Translations under genes and position numbers: made by a program
Assembly (NCBI GenBank): GCA_002499545.1
Contig: DAME01000004.1
Coordinates: forward strand, 15,577-79,576
Origin: Euryarchaeota archaeon UBA88
GTDB lineage: Archaea > Thermoplasmatota > Poseidoniia > Poseidoniales > Poseidoniaceae
Direction of reading: 5' to 3'
Length of the DNA: 64,000 bases
Part shown: positions 35,277 through 46,600 of the stretch, in pieces
Position numbering within the stretch: the stretch's first letter is position 1
Layout of the letters: the number at the start of each line of letters is the position of its first letter
The notes under the pieces: generated by a model
Databases searched by the model: none
What the model saw: only the letters and a program-made list of their open reading frames with translations
Told to the model about the DNA's origin: nothing

Positions 35277-37795
35277 CGGCCCATGACCGCAGCGTGCACT
35301 TGAGCCTGAACTTCACGCATGCGAGACTTTGCTCCGAGTTCTCGGAAGACGGCAAGAGCGCGTTGAAGGTATTCCATTCGACGTGGCTTGTCCGGTGCAA
35401 CGCCACCTAGGCGTGACAGAAGTTCGCCCATTTGCATTCGTAAGTCGTTAGCCTCAGCGATGACCAAGGCTTCACGGTAATGCTCCATTGCATCCTCCGC
35501 ACGGCCCGCATCCTGCAGTACTTCCCCAAGTAGAATCGTTATCTCGACCAGTGAAAGTAAATCTCCTGCTTGGCCCATGGTTTCTAATGCGCTGGAATAG
35601 TGGTGAGAGGCGACATCTGCATCACCAACCTTCGCGTAATAGCGACCAAGAACTGCTTGAGCACGAGCGTGAAGCAAAACATCGTTTTCGTTATCTGTTC
35701 GCTCAAAAGCAGCTAATGCATGGTCACGAGCACGGTCAATTTCGCCGAGTTCAATAAAGGCCCGCGCCAGAGTAAGTTGTGTACTAATCAGCGAAATATC
35801 GTCGGATTGTTGGAGAATCTTTTCTACTTCTCCATAGGCTTCAAGCGCCTTATTGCGATCATTCTTTCGACGGAGCAAGTACCCCATGTTGTTGTATGAA
35901 CGGGCTGCACCACGCTCGTCGCCAAATTCAATGAATTTTTCAAGAGCATCCCGGTGCATAGAGAGAGCTTTGTCTGCATCCCCTTGCTTCAATGCGATGT
36001 CCGCTAACGCTGCCAACACTTCAGCACCGAGCTTTGTTGCCTTGCCTGATTCAAGGTTTTGAGTGGAACGCAAAATCTCTTCAGCTTCAGAAAATCGACC
36101 CAAGAGAACGAGTAACTCACCTTGCTGCTGAAGAATTTGTGCTTTAATCGATACTTGGAGAGAATCCAGTGCGAGGTTTTCCATGAGACCGAGGAGTTCC
36201 ATGTGACCCTGGACAATCAAATCTCTACCTTCACCTGCTATCAGCAATGCGGCATTTTCGTGCTCATCGCTGCAAATCAGGTGGTAGATATGCTCAATGA
36301 TAATTTCAGCATTCTTGGATTGCTTCTGGTACCAAGTGCTGCATTTGGAGTGAAACTCTTTCTTCGTTTTTTCATCCAAGCTCCGCAAGAGAAATTCCCG
36401 AATGAGGTCGTGCACATCGTATGTATCAGTATCTGCGTGGCGTGCTAATCCCTGTTCAACTAGCGAATCAAGCTCATCGGTGTCCAAACCCTGTTCGGCC
36501 AATGCCGGCAACATTACTGGTTCACGGTAAATTGAAAGTGCGGAAAGAACGCGTTTCTGTTCAGCAGATAACTTCGAAAAAATCTCAACTGTAACATAGT
36601 TTTCCAACGTTTCATGAAATGCGCCTGCAGATGCACCCCGATTAATTAATTCCAATACCAAAGGATGTCCACGGGAAAGTCCGTGGATGTGGAGCCACTG
36701 CTGATCACCGAGGTCCTCGAAACTGCTGAGGAGGTGACGTCCCGCATCAGAATCGAGACCGTCGAGCGGTAGCACAAGACTCGCAATTCGTCCTTCAGCG
36801 TCTTTTGCAGGCACAACGGGTTTGAATGAACGAGAGAAAATGACCAGCCCAATCTCTTCTTCACTTCCAAGCAAACCCAAGGTCATCGCTTGAAAGGTCT
36901 GGTGCAAGGTGACATCAGCCACTTTGTGGAAGTCATCGATGACGATGAGCGTAGGAGTACCTTCGAGTGCATCGATTAACAACCGAGCAGCGTCGGCAGG
37001 TTTCGGGACGGGAGTTGCTGCAAGATAATCTGCAAAACTCGAATCACCAATATTCGCAAGCCAATCTGCTACTGCTTCAAAAAACGAGCGTGAACCTTCC
37101 CAGTCTTGGCAGCGGTGATAGAGAAGATTACGACGATGCATGAAGCGCTCAATGAGTTTCGAAGCAATCGTTGTTTTCCCAATACCGGCAATACCGGGAA
37201 CCAGGAGCGTGGTTGCACGCGCCTCAATCAAATTCGCCATATTATCAAGTTCTTTTTCTCGACCATAGAAGTGACGAAGTCGTGGGAGGTCACCAAGAGA
37301 GGTGACTAACTGTTTCTCCACATGCTTGGACAAATCTCGCTCGACCAAGTCAGCAGTCAGGGTACGGGTGTCGAGGACGCAATTATCATCCATGTAGCGT
37401 ATCACGTCAACAGGCCGCATGGAAAACGGGAGATGTTCGTTGAGTTCACCCAGCGTTGAAGTGATGATGGAACCGTCACTCATGATACTGCGGAGATTAA
37501 ATTCTCGCAGACGGTTCCAAGTATCTTCTGACAGGTGAATTCCTGAATCAGTAAGGAAGTAGGCCTTGCGTTTGCGCGACACACCCGTGACGTGGGCTTG
37601 GCGTTCAATGAGAAGGCCTTGGTCTTTCAACCCTGCAATAGCACGTGGTACGTTGGAGCGAGCAATCGCCACGGCGTTTGCAATCCCCATTTGAGAGAGC
37701 GCAAAAGGGACTTCAACACTGTTTTTGAAATCCGAATAATCCAGCAAATGAAGTAAGATCCTCTCTTGAACTCCAGGTTTGGGCTGAACAATCAT
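35273..37795 (-). CDS. wHTH - STAND/AAA NTPase - TPR regulator (MalT/AfsR-like architecture)
   Basis: The N-terminus is winged-helix-like (SQMGIANAVAIARSNVPRAIAGLKDQGLLIE). Then FYGREKELDNM...LLVPGIAGIGKTTIASK (Walker A) and TLIVIDDFHKV (Walker B). The C-terminal ~300 aa carries several TPR-like repeats (for example AARSYNNMGYLLRRKNDRNKALEAY). AGGTAGGTG lies 7 nt upstream of the ATG. Confidence 0.7.
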   Translation of the reverse strand: MIVQPKPGVQERILLHLLDYSDFKNSVEVPFALSQMGIANAVAIARSNVPRAIAGLKDQGLLIERQAHVTGVSRKRKAYFLTDSGIHLSEDTWNRLREFNLRSIMSDGSIITSTLGELNEHLPFSMRPVDVIRYMDDNCVLDTRTLTADLVERDLSKHVEKQLVTSLGDLPRLRHFYGREKELDNMANLIEARATTLLVPGIAGIGKTTIASKLIERFMHRRNLLYHRCQDWEGSRSFFEAVADWLANIGDSSFADYLAATPVPKPADAARLLIDALEGTPTLIVIDDFHKVADVTLHQTFQAMTLGLLGSEEEIGLVIFSRSFKPVVPAKDAEGRIASLVLPLDGLDSDAGRHLLSSFEDLGDQQWLHIHGLSRGHPLVLELINRGASAGAFHETLENYVTVEIFSKLSAEQKRVLSALSIYREPVMLPALAEQGLDTDELDSLVEQGLARHADTDTYDVHDLIREFLLRSLDEKTKKEFHSKCSTWYQKQSKNAEIIIEHIYHLICSDEHENAALLIAGEGRDLIVQGHMELLGLMENLALDSLQVSIKAQILQQQGELLVLLGRFSEAEEILRSTQNLESGKATKLGAEVLAALADIALKQGDADKALSMHRDALEKFIEFGDERGAARSYNNMGYLLRRKNDRNKALEAYGEVEKILQQSDDISLISTQLTLARAFIELGEIDRARDHALAAFERTDNENDVLLHARAQAVLGRYYAKVGDADVASHHYSSALETMGQAGDLLSLVEITILLGEVLQDAGRAEDAMEHYREALVIAEANDLRMQMGELLSRLGGVAPDKPRRMEYLQRALAVFRELGAKSRMREVQAQVHAAVMGR

Positions 37796-37853
37796 GATTC
37801 CGCACCTACCTCAATACTCTTCAATACTTTCGCTGGATTGCGCTTTCCACACA

Positions 37854-40800
37854 TCACTGATCAGGAGTGTAATTTGGGTCTGGAACCCAAGTATTTGCTT
37901 CTGAATCCCATAGCCAGCCCGGATGTTGAGCGGTTTGAGCGGCAGGAGCTGCTGCTTGAACAGCAGCAGGTGTGCTCACAGTGGCCTTGGGTTGGGCTTG
38001 TGCCAGTGATTCTTGTCGAGCTTTGGCCCACGCATACGGGTCTGCAGTTTCTTGGCTTTCAGTAGCGAGAAGTTCTTCTTCAAAATCTTCGTATTCTACT
38101 TGGAGGAAGAACATTCCAACGCCAACCAGTGCCAAGATAGCCACGATTACACCAACGATGAGTAAAACGTTACTGCTTGAATCATCACCAGAACTGAGAC
38201 TCATTTGGAACAATGCATCGCCTGGCTCGTTTGGTGTAGAATACACTTGGTCATCCATTTCGAAGATCACATCGCGAACTCCAGTGATTCCAGAAAGTTG
38301 AGCACTGGTAATTTCCATCGACCAAGTCGAATCTGAATTGACACGAGTCTGGTTAATTCTAAAGCCGTTGATGTTATCGAAACGAGCTTCAATGAGACTG
38401 TCTGGAAGTCCCGTACCGGTAAACTTGGCCGGAGAGGAAGCAGTAATCGGACCTGAACCGTCACGGGAAACCGTGAAGGAAACTTCGATTACCAAAATAT
38501 TCACTTTGTAGGAATATGCAACTGAGTCGTACGCATCTCTGGCTTCAAACATTAATCCCATGAGTGACCACTCCGAGATAGAATCGGGCAAACCTGTGAC
38601 GAATGCCGGGTCGTATTTGGCAACACCGTTTGGAGAAAGTGTGATGAAATCAGCGTAATTGTCGTCGTCGAGGTTGGTCGCATCATCGAAGATGTCAAAG
38701 GTTAATCCATTGGTTTCTCCTTCACCACCGTCAGCGTCAGAAAAGAAATCCATGAGATCGATTGACTTACCACCATTGCATCGGTCAAACTTGGTTGGGT
38801 TTGAGTCACAGTACAGCGTAATGGTGTTACTCCAGCCAGTGGAATTAAAGACAGGAACGATGTTATCAGCATCTGTTGGATTGTCGATGGTGATACGAAT
38901 CCGTTCTTCGGTTGAAAAGTTGCTTCCATCCCATGCTTTAACCACAAGTTCGTATTGTTGGTCGTGGATGAGGTCAGACGTATCCCATGTTGTGTACCAT
39001 GCACCGTTTGGAGCAAAGTTTGTCACTGGATTTGGACCGTTGTTGACGACCGAGCCACTGGCGAGGTCAAAGATGTCAATTTCCACACGGGTCACGATTC
39101 CATCGTTGTCCAAAGCGACTCCCTGGATGATTTGGTCTTCTGCTGCACGTAGGACATCAGAGTTCAGTGGTTCTGAAAGCTGGACAAACGGAATTGCGTT
39201 ATCGGTATTGATTGTGAGGGTGCGGGATTCATAGTTGCAATCAGTCCATCCTGTCTTAACATCACAAAAGTCACTGTCTGCAGCCCATATTTTGAACGAG
39301 TATTCACCCGAAGGCAAATCTTGGAAGTTCCACTCATAGGCCCAAACAATGGAACCTGAAATGTCGAAGTTTGCGTTGTATCCGTTCGGGCCGTTGACAT
39401 CGAACCAAATGGACGTGATGTCGCTTCCCCAAGTCCCGGAATACGGGTCACTGGCAGTTCCGGTGAATGTCAGCTTACCGTTGTCGTGCAGGGAACCGTC
39501 GTTGGGTGTTTCAACCAGAATACTTGGAGCAACGAGGTTTAACTTGTATTTGCGAACTTCAATCGGCGAGTAGTCCAATCCATCATAAGAACGGACACGG
39601 AACGTCACGTCACCCTCACCTTCTGGATGAGCGGAAAGATCCCAGTTAAAACTCCATGTTTTGAACGGATGGTTTGATTTCGTGATTTCGCCGTTAGCGC
39701 CCGATGTGTCGACGGCTGAATACCAGTCGGTTGAACCCGGTGGCTGAACTTCAACTCGCTTGATGAGACCAAATTGGTTTTGATACGATACAATGTCAAG
39801 TGGGTATGGTCCAGAAATTCCATCCCATGAACTACCGGTCAACTGGACAGTTGTTGCAAAGGAAAAACCGTCGTTTTGTGATACTGTGACGCTCGGCTTG
39901 AGATTATCGAGATTGATTACATCGTCAATTGAACCACTCAGGACAAAGTCAAACTCTTTCTGACCTTTGCTGAATTTGAAAGCCTCGACGCTGTAGAATG
40001 GAAGCTCCCGGCCATTGAGGCAGTCTGCATCGTCTTCGTCAGTTGTGGCATCACCATCGTTATCGTAGCCATCTGAGCAGGTGTTTTCGGTGATGATAAT
40101 TGGATTCCCAGTACCGTCATTGGTTCCCGGTATCGGTACTGCAATGTCACCAACAAGATGATTCCAATTTCGGTCTAGAAGGAAATCCGAAGGTAGAGAA
40201 ACCTCCGGAGTAAAGCCGAATGCATCGGTTTGCATGGTGTACAATGGAAGACCAGTTGCATCCCGGATAATTACGGTAGCGTCGGCAACGTTACTGTTCT
40301 TAGCCTTCACTTGGTAACGCACAAGTTCACCTTCTCGAACTTGTGAACCCCAAGCAGAGTTTTGATTTTGAACGTGAATCTTAGACGAATCGAAATTTTG
40401 CAGGTCTGCGTATGAGAAGACGGTCGAATTTTCAACAACCTCGAGCGCCATTGGCATGAAAGCAGGTGGCATGATTGCAGTACTAGGAACAAGCAAGCAT
40501 TCATCCAAAACGAATGGGCATTCTGGTCCCAGCCAGCTCAGGTGAACAGGATACAGTTCCCCATCCCCTGGGTCTGGAATGTATTCAGATTGAACAATCA
40601 CTCGAGATTCAGTGATGTTGTACACTTGTGAAGCATTCGAGTAAGTGTTACCAGAAAAGTATCCAATTGATCCGTACTTACTTCCATAATTGTCATCGTA
40701 CAGTGAAATATTTGCACCAAAACCACCGACTTCAATCGTGTTTCGCTGCGCATTGACGATACTGCCTTTCATTCGAATTCCGTCACCGGCATTGTTAACG

Positions 40801-42221
40801 ATGGTGTTGTCGTAAATTGTTGCAGACGACATGAAGACGTGAACTGCTGGGCAAAGGAAGTCTCCGTCATACATTTGGGAGTTGCAGGTACCGGTGTTGT
40901 TCGAAATCTGATTGTTTGCAAGGTACAATCGTGCAGCAACTGGAGTGGGCACGTTCCAACCTTGGTCGTTGAAGTGGTACTCACCAATGAGCACGGCTTC
41001 TTTAGCAGTGTCTTGAATCGTGTTGTTTTCCGCAATGACGTCAGAGGTACCGTAAATCCACAGACCGTTCCAACCACCAATCGGTCCAATCACGTTGTTG
41101 TGAGCTTGAACCATCGAAGAACGAATACCGAAACCTGAACCTCCGCTTGCACCAGAAATCGTGTTTCGGCTTGCTTGAACAATAGCTCCATCGTACGCAG
41201 TGATGCCTGTGCCTTCGTCTGTAGTGATTTCATTGTCGTTAAGATACAGGGTGTGATTGATTGTACCGGTCACTTTGTGAGAGTTTGTGTCAATACCACT
41301 GCACTTCGTAACAACGGATGAGTTTGAAAATGATCCTGAGCTCTCCTTCATGAACAGGCCATAGGCATTGTCTTTCAAATCCAGATTTGTCATGTCGATA
41401 TAAGTTCCTTCCATGTAGATGAGAGAACGACCGCCGCCCTGTGTACCACATTCTGCTTGTGTATTACCGGTAAATTCTGAGTCACGAATTTGCATTGTCG
41501 CCAATATTCCAGCGCCAGCATTGTAAGCGAGAATCGCAGCAGCATCATAGCCGTTGCCGTCTGTACCCAAGACAAAAGTCGAATCGGTGATAATCGGGGC
41601 TGCAAAGTCGATTGCAAGAACGTTTGAAGTGTTAATATCTTGGAATGAAAGACCGGTGGCGGTGGTGGTTGAACCATCGAAAACGAGCACACCGTACTGC
41701 TTTCCTGACGATTGTGAAGTTTCGAATGGGATGCCGTATGCGTTTTCGAAGTGAGCGTACTGGATTGAAGTTACAGCTTGATTGATTGTTGAACGAATAA
41801 TCATACCGGAACCGCATGATGTATCAGCATTGTAATTTGGATTGTTGGTGTTGTTGGAATAGCAACGACCGATAATGCTCGTGTCGCTTGGGTCTGACCA
41901 AACGAATCGTGCTTGGTTTGAGGATGAACCTTGGCTTGATCCACAGGATGTATCACCAATACAGATTGCACCTTCAACGTCGATATAGGTTCCATAAGGA
42001 ATATTGACGGTCGTACCTGCATTCACGATGAGTTTAGCACCCTCTGCAACAACAACGTCGCCGTTGAGGTTCATTGTACCGGTCCAGGTTTCCGTACCGG
42101 TAATCGTACCCGCTTTGGTTTCGTTCACTGCAGAGACGGTTGGTATGGCCATAAGGCCGGTTAATGTCGATAACAGAAAAATTGTGACCAACGATATGCT
42201 TTTTGCCGAAGTACTGTTCAT
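37854..42221 (-). CDS. Giant surface protein (1455 aa): right-handed parallel beta-helix (PbH1/NosD-like) + Ig-like domains + C-terminal TM anchor
   Basis: Signal peptide SLVTIFLLSTLTGLMAIPTVSA. PbH1-type repeats (SRNTISGASGGSGFGIRS, AENNTIQDTAKEAVLIGE, IYDNTIVNNAGDGIRMKGS). A CSDGYDNDGDATTDEDDADC motif. Ig-like modules follow (FTGTASDPYSG...). TM helix LLIVGVIVAILALVGVGMFFL, with the tail ending HPGWLWDSEANTWVPDPNYTPDQ. ATG 42221 is preceded by GAGGTG (42230-42235). Confidence 0.75.
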   Translation of the reverse strand: MNSTSAKSISLVTIFLLSTLTGLMAIPTVSAVNETKAGTITGTETWTGTMNLNGDVVVAEGAKLIVNAGTTVNIPYGTYIDVEGAICIGDTSCGSSQGSSSNQARFVWSDPSDTSIIGRCYSNNTNNPNYNADTSCGSGMIIRSTINQAVTSIQYAHFENAYGIPFETSQSSGKQYGVLVFDGSTTTATGLSFQDINTSNVLAIDFAAPIITDSTFVLGTDGNGYDAAAILAYNAGAGILATMQIRDSEFTGNTQAECGTQGGGRSLIYMEGTYIDMTNLDLKDNAYGLFMKESSGSFSNSSVVTKCSGIDTNSHKVTGTINHTLYLNDNEITTDEGTGITAYDGAIVQASRNTISGASGGSGFGIRSSMVQAHNNVIGPIGGWNGLWIYGTSDVIAENNTIQDTAKEAVLIGEYHFNDQGWNVPTPVAARLYLANNQISNNTGTCNSQMYDGDFLCPAVHVFMSSATIYDNTIVNNAGDGIRMKGSIVNAQRNTIEVGGFGANISLYDDNYGSKYGSIGYFSGNTYSNASQVYNITESRVIVQSEYIPDPGDGELYPVHLSWLGPECPFVLDECLLVPSTAIMPPAFMPMALEVVENSTVFSYADLQNFDSSKIHVQNQNSAWGSQVREGELVRYQVKAKNSNVADATVIIRDATGLPLYTMQTDAFGFTPEVSLPSDFLLDRNWNHLVGDIAVPIPGTNDGTGNPIIITENTCSDGYDNDGDATTDEDDADCLNGRELPFYSVEAFKFSKGQKEFDFVLSGSIDDVINLDNLKPSVTVSQNDGFSFATTVQLTGSSWDGISGPYPLDIVSYQNQFGLIKRVEVQPPGSTDWYSAVDTSGANGEITKSNHPFKTWSFNWDLSAHPEGEGDVTFRVRSYDGLDYSPIEVRKYKLNLVAPSILVETPNDGSLHDNGKLTFTGTASDPYSGTWGSDITSIWFDVNGPNGYNANFDISGSIVWAYEWNFQDLPSGEYSFKIWAADSDFCDVKTGWTDCNYESRTLTINTDNAIPFVQLSEPLNSDVLRAAEDQIIQGVALDNDGIVTRVEIDIFDLASGSVVNNGPNPVTNFAPNGAWYTTWDTSDLIHDQQYELVVKAWDGSNFSTEERIRITIDNPTDADNIVPVFNSTGWSNTITLYCDSNPTKFDRCNGGKSIDLMDFFSDADGGEGETNGLTFDIFDDATNLDDDNYADFITLSPNGVAKYDPAFVTGLPDSISEWSLMGLMFEARDAYDSVAYSYKVNILVIEVSFTVSRDGSGPITASSPAKFTGTGLPDSLIEARFDNINGFRINQTRVNSDSTWSMEITSAQLSGITGVRDVIFEMDDQVYSTPNEPGDALFQMSLSSGDDSSSNVLLIVGVIVAILALVGVGMFFLQVEYEDFEEELLATESQETADPYAWAKARQESLAQAQPKATVSTPAAVQAAAPAAQTAQHPGWLWDSEANTWVPDPNYTPDQ

Positions 42222-42258
42222 AGATTGTACACCTCTTAGTTTGTCCATCACAATGACG

Positions 42259-42268
42259 GATATAATAC
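42259..42268 (-). promoter_or_regulatory. Candidate archaeal TATA box for the beta-helix surface protein gene
   Basis: The minus strand reads GTATTATATC about 40-46 nt upstream of ATG 42221. A transcription start ~25 nt downstream would leave a short leader containing the GAGGTG SD. Confidence 0.3.
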
Positions 42269-42391
42269 TGCGCCTCATATGTCGGCCTTGAAGTATCAAA
42301 TAACGATAAATGTATCAATAATATCTCCCTTAGAGTATCAGAACGGGCTATTCGTATCGTATTTCCGTGCAGATTTAGGCCTTCGAAATCG

Positions 42392-43612
42392 TCAGCAACT
42401 CGAATCAATCAGTCCTAATTCATTGTACCAAGAAAGCGCTTGCAACTGACCGTAGCCCCAACGATTGTCATGCGCAACTTCTGAACTGTATGCATAGGCA
42501 GAATTCATCAAAGCAGTTTTGACCACATCAATACATGACCCGTTTGATGTCGAACTTGGCCTATATTCGGGATATGCTTCCAACAAAAGAGCCAGCGCAC
42601 CGGTTACAAATACCGTAGAATCAGATGTACCACTGCTGGAAAACCAGGTATCGTCTGAACCAGTGCTGACGATGTATTGACCTGGTGCGATGATTTCTGG
42701 TTTGAGATGTGGCGATGACCGCAACGAACCATCTGGTAAGATTTGCGATCCAGCTGACGAATTCACCCACACCGATTGACTTTCAGTAGATGCTCCGACC
42801 GTGATGACTCGGGGTACATTCCCCGGTACTGAAACCAATCCATCATCTTCTGCACCTCCGTCGTTACCGGCTGCGGCCACGACGTAGATGCCGGAATCAA
42901 GTGCTCGTCGCACAGAAGATACACTGGCACCCTCCGTTCGCATGTCGACGCTCTGTTCACCTCCCAGTGAGAGTGAGATAATATCTGCATTGAATGCGTC
43001 TTGACACCATTGAATTGCATCAGCGACGGTTTCTTCGGTGCCACTGTTGAGATCGTTTTCATCAGCTCCAAGGGCCGCAGCCATTGCCAGGGTTACGTTC
43101 GGAGCGATCCCAATCTGGTGCTCCTGTGACACTAAAATTCCGGCCATCAGCGTTCCATGAGCGATAAAACCGTAGTCCACAGGTGCATTCGACGATCCGA
43201 GAAAATCTTTGAATCGAACATCTACCTGTGAAAGCGCAGAATGGCTCAAGTCGATACCAGTATCGACCATGCACACTCGAATGCCCTCGCCGCTGAGACC
43301 AAAATCTGCCAACTCATCGAGTTCTGACTGCTCTACAGCCCACTCTGATTTGGGCGGGTTCAATTCAATGAAGAGCAGTCCTGAATCCCACACGACCAGC
43401 AATACACCAACCAACAAAGCGAACAAGACCCCGTTAGCGATGACGCTCTTACGCCGTCGAAGAGTCGGCAATGGCTCTGCGCTTCGAGGGGCCCATCCCG
43501 TTACTTCAGAGCGCCATTCGTTCTGAAAGCCAACAGCAGATGGGTCAATGGCTGACATGATCCTTGAGTCTTCAGGTTCGGGGAGGAGTTCGAACTTGTC
43601 TATTCCTTCCAT
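42392..43612 (-). CDS. Membrane-anchored subtilisin-like serine protease (S8)
   Basis: Catalytic triad contexts VCMVDTGIDLSH (Asp), HGTLMAGIL (His) and SGTSDSTVFVTGALALL (Ser). N-terminal TM helix VLFALLVGVLLVVW. ATG 43612 is preceded by GAGGTG (43619-43624) plus 6 nt. The ORF-track GTG start at 43621 lies inside that SD. Confidence 0.85.
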   Translation of the reverse strand: MEGIDKFELLPEPEDSRIMSAIDPSAVGFQNEWRSEVTGWAPRSAEPLPTLRRRKSVIANGVLFALLVGVLLVVWDSGLLFIELNPPKSEWAVEQSELDELADFGLSGEGIRVCMVDTGIDLSHSALSQVDVRFKDFLGSSNAPVDYGFIAHGTLMAGILVSQEHQIGIAPNVTLAMAAALGADENDLNSGTEETVADAIQWCQDAFNADIISLSLGGEQSVDMRTEGASVSSVRRALDSGIYVVAAAGNDGGAEDDGLVSVPGNVPRVITVGASTESQSVWVNSSAGSQILPDGSLRSSPHLKPEIIAPGQYIVSTGSDDTWFSSSGTSDSTVFVTGALALLLEAYPEYRPSSTSNGSCIDVVKTALMNSAYAYSSEVAHDNRWGYGQLQALSWYNELGLIDSSC

Positions 43613-43618
43613 CCAAGG

Positions 43619-43624
43619 CACCTC
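43619..43624 (-). promoter_or_regulatory. Shine-Dalgarno site GAGGTG for the subtilisin gene
   Basis: GAGGTG lies 6 nt upstream of ATG 43612. The same hexamer recurs upstream of several other starts in the window (42230-42235; AGGTGG at 59620-59625). Confidence 0.5.
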
Positions 43625-43678
43625 AATACTGCTACCAACTGCCGCTCAGCAGTTCAGGGTATAATGTATTGTACTTCA

Positions 43679-46600
43679 TCAGAATCGAGTTGTGTTACGT
43701 CCATTACGTGCGAGTTTAACACCGCCATAGACAACCAAGAATCCGAGAAGTAGAATTCCAAATGTCAGCAGAGGAGAATCATCACTTTCGACGAAAACCT
43801 CGTACTTGATTGAAAAGTCGATGACCTTTTCTCCATCTTCACCGATTTGTTGGGTGACATAATCACTTTCCTCACCGACAACTTCGACCTTGACTTCGTA
43901 ACGGACTGTGGCAGATGCATCTTCCGCACTGATAGCAAAGACGACTTGTTCGGTACTCTTTGCACCGATACTGACCGTCTGGCTACCCAAATCAATATCC
44001 GTTCCTTGTATACTTGCAGATACAACAAGGTTCGAAGTGCTGAGATATCCATCATTGTACACCGGAATCACAAGGTCGCCAGCTTCTCCATCTCGCTTGT
44101 CGGAAAGGAGAATGATTTGAGATTGGTCAACCGATAATCGAATGTCGGACTTTGTGAATTCAACGTCGAACGACTCACTTGTCACGCCATCTTCACTGGT
44201 TACTGTAACAGTTAGCGTAGGTGTTCCAGTGAAGTTCTCTGCAGCATAAGCGGTGAACAGTTGCGATCGTACACCGTCCTTTGGAATGGTGACATTTGAG
44301 ATTGGTGGAGTGACTTCCCATCCATCAGGTATGTTATCAGCAAGCGTTATCGAAAATGTATCGTCGCCGTTACCCGTGTTCGTAAGCGTAAATCCAAACG
44401 TGTTGCTTCCGCCGTCAGCGATTCCAACTTCAGACTCCACATCGGAAATTTCGAGACCGTGTTGCTTTGGAACCTGAACAGTGAAGGCAAGTTCGCTTGA
44501 TGCAACACCGTCAGAGTTCAAAATGAGCTTCAACTTGTGTGCTTCTTCCAAGTGCCAAACTTCTGATTGGTTGGCAACCAGTACACGAACTCGAAGAACC
44601 ATCGAATCTTGGACGCTGTCATCAGCGCTATTGTTTCCAATTCCGAGTGTGACATCCTGACTGCTTTCAAATCCAGTACCGTTCCAGAACTCAACAGACC
44701 AATCTGCTTCATCAGGAGAGGACAGAACCTGACCGGACATGGTGAACAGATCAGAAACTTCTGTTCCGTCATACTTGATGTCAACACTGAACTCGACAGC
44801 ATCGTAGCTTTCACCACTTTCAACAGCCATGAAGTCGAGCATGGAACCATTGACGAGCGTCGCATTGACAACCGTATCACTCACCATCGACAAAGATGTG
44901 TCGGAGTTGATTGAACGACTGTATGATAGATTCACGGCAATTCGACCTTCAGCGATGTTGGCCACCGATCCACCAATGTAATCCATTTCAAGCAGTAAAT
45001 CATGTTGCAATGTAGTGAAAGATGAATCCATCGTAACTTCTTGTGAAGGCAGTAGAATGCTAATTTCACCATCGGCATCTACTGGCATATCCCATTCGAT
45101 GCCCTCTCCAATTCCAAACGTGACTGAAACGGTCTCGTTCAGATAGGATGCGCCATCACTTGCGGAACCAGCATGATGCTGAGCCACAGGGTATTCCGAG
45201 GTCCATACTGTGGTCAAATCAACCCAACCACCGAGGGACATCTCGAGGTCCAAAATAGCACCTTCTGAGATACTTGCATCGAGAAGACCGACCGCAACAC
45301 CTCCGCCATTGACACTAGGATTGGCTTGGGTTACCACGACAATCCACTCACCTGGTGAAATAACTGCAGACCAAGAGAGTTGGTCGTTTTCAAAGGTAGA
45401 GTCGACAGAAATCGCCTCACCGGACATTCCCGAAGAAGGATACAGAACAACACTGGCACCGTCGAGGCGCATTGCATCATTGATATCGGTAACATTACCC
45501 GAGACCGGAACGTTACCTGCCATCATTTCCAAGTCGTGAGAAACTGGTTCTGAGTAGACTGGATAAGCGCTTGAGTTCGAAATGTTGTACACTTCAGTAG
45601 CAAACCCTTCCTTTGAGACTGAGACTTGGTATTCATCTTGAATTGGCACAAACAAGGTCCAAACACCGTATTCATCGGTCGTTACAATAGACTCGAATTC
45701 AGTATTATTCATTCCAATGACTTGAACGGTCGTGTTCGCGATACCTTCAGTTCCGTCAGGAATATCGTCAGCATCAAGGTCCCAGAATACTTTACCACCA
45801 ATTTCAACTTCAAGTTCGGCTGTTTGCAATGGTAGAACGAGTGTTCCGTTGTCTGCATCGTCGGTTGTGAACGGCGAACCTGATGTATCGAGCGACCACT
45901 GCTTTTGTGGATTCGATTCATTCAAGAACAAACTCCAGTTTCCTGGCATCAATTGATCGGTGATGTTACCTGATGTGTCACTCTTTGCGAGCGTCACATT
46001 GCCGAGTCCGTCATGGCTCACTGCGGTCACTCGAATACTCGACATGTTAGCTTCAGTCCCGTATTCTTGTAGCTGGAATTCGACTGTTACAACGTCCACA
46101 GTTCGTAGAGGAACACCGGTACGTAGCGACGAATCTGCACCGACTGTGAGAGAATATCGAAGGGTTTCGGTGCTCTCGTTGTCAGCGATGAACGGTGCCA
46201 CGATTGCAATCCAATCGCCTGCAGAGACGTATGCGGAGAACGAACCGTTCTCATCAGATTCAATGTTAAACCACTCATCGGCAACATCGTTACGAAGCAA
46301 GAATTGCTTGGCAATGCCGTCACCTGAGTTATTGGTTAGAACCCCCGTCACGAGGTATTCATTGCGCATTGGAACCGCAATTGGTTCGTCATAGGTTTCC
46401 AAACCAATCAAAATTGGGTCTTGAGCAGAGGTCGTGATGAGAGGTGAATCTGTAGCATTTTCATCAGTAGCAGTTGTTGCGTTGAACACTATGTTGTAAA
46501 TTCCTGGCTCAAGAGTTAGCGTAAGAATTCCGTCAGACGTGTAGTCATCAGCAGTTACATTCACTTGGCTGCCGTGTGTATTGAGAGGAACTAAACTGAA

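Noticed and set aside
35273-37795. The STAND-TPR protein as an Avs-like antiviral sensor.
   Set aside because: The N-terminal domain is a winged-helix DNA-binding-like module, not a nuclease, protease or other effector. No other defence genes are nearby. A MalT-like regulator is the more economical reading. This call remains unverified.
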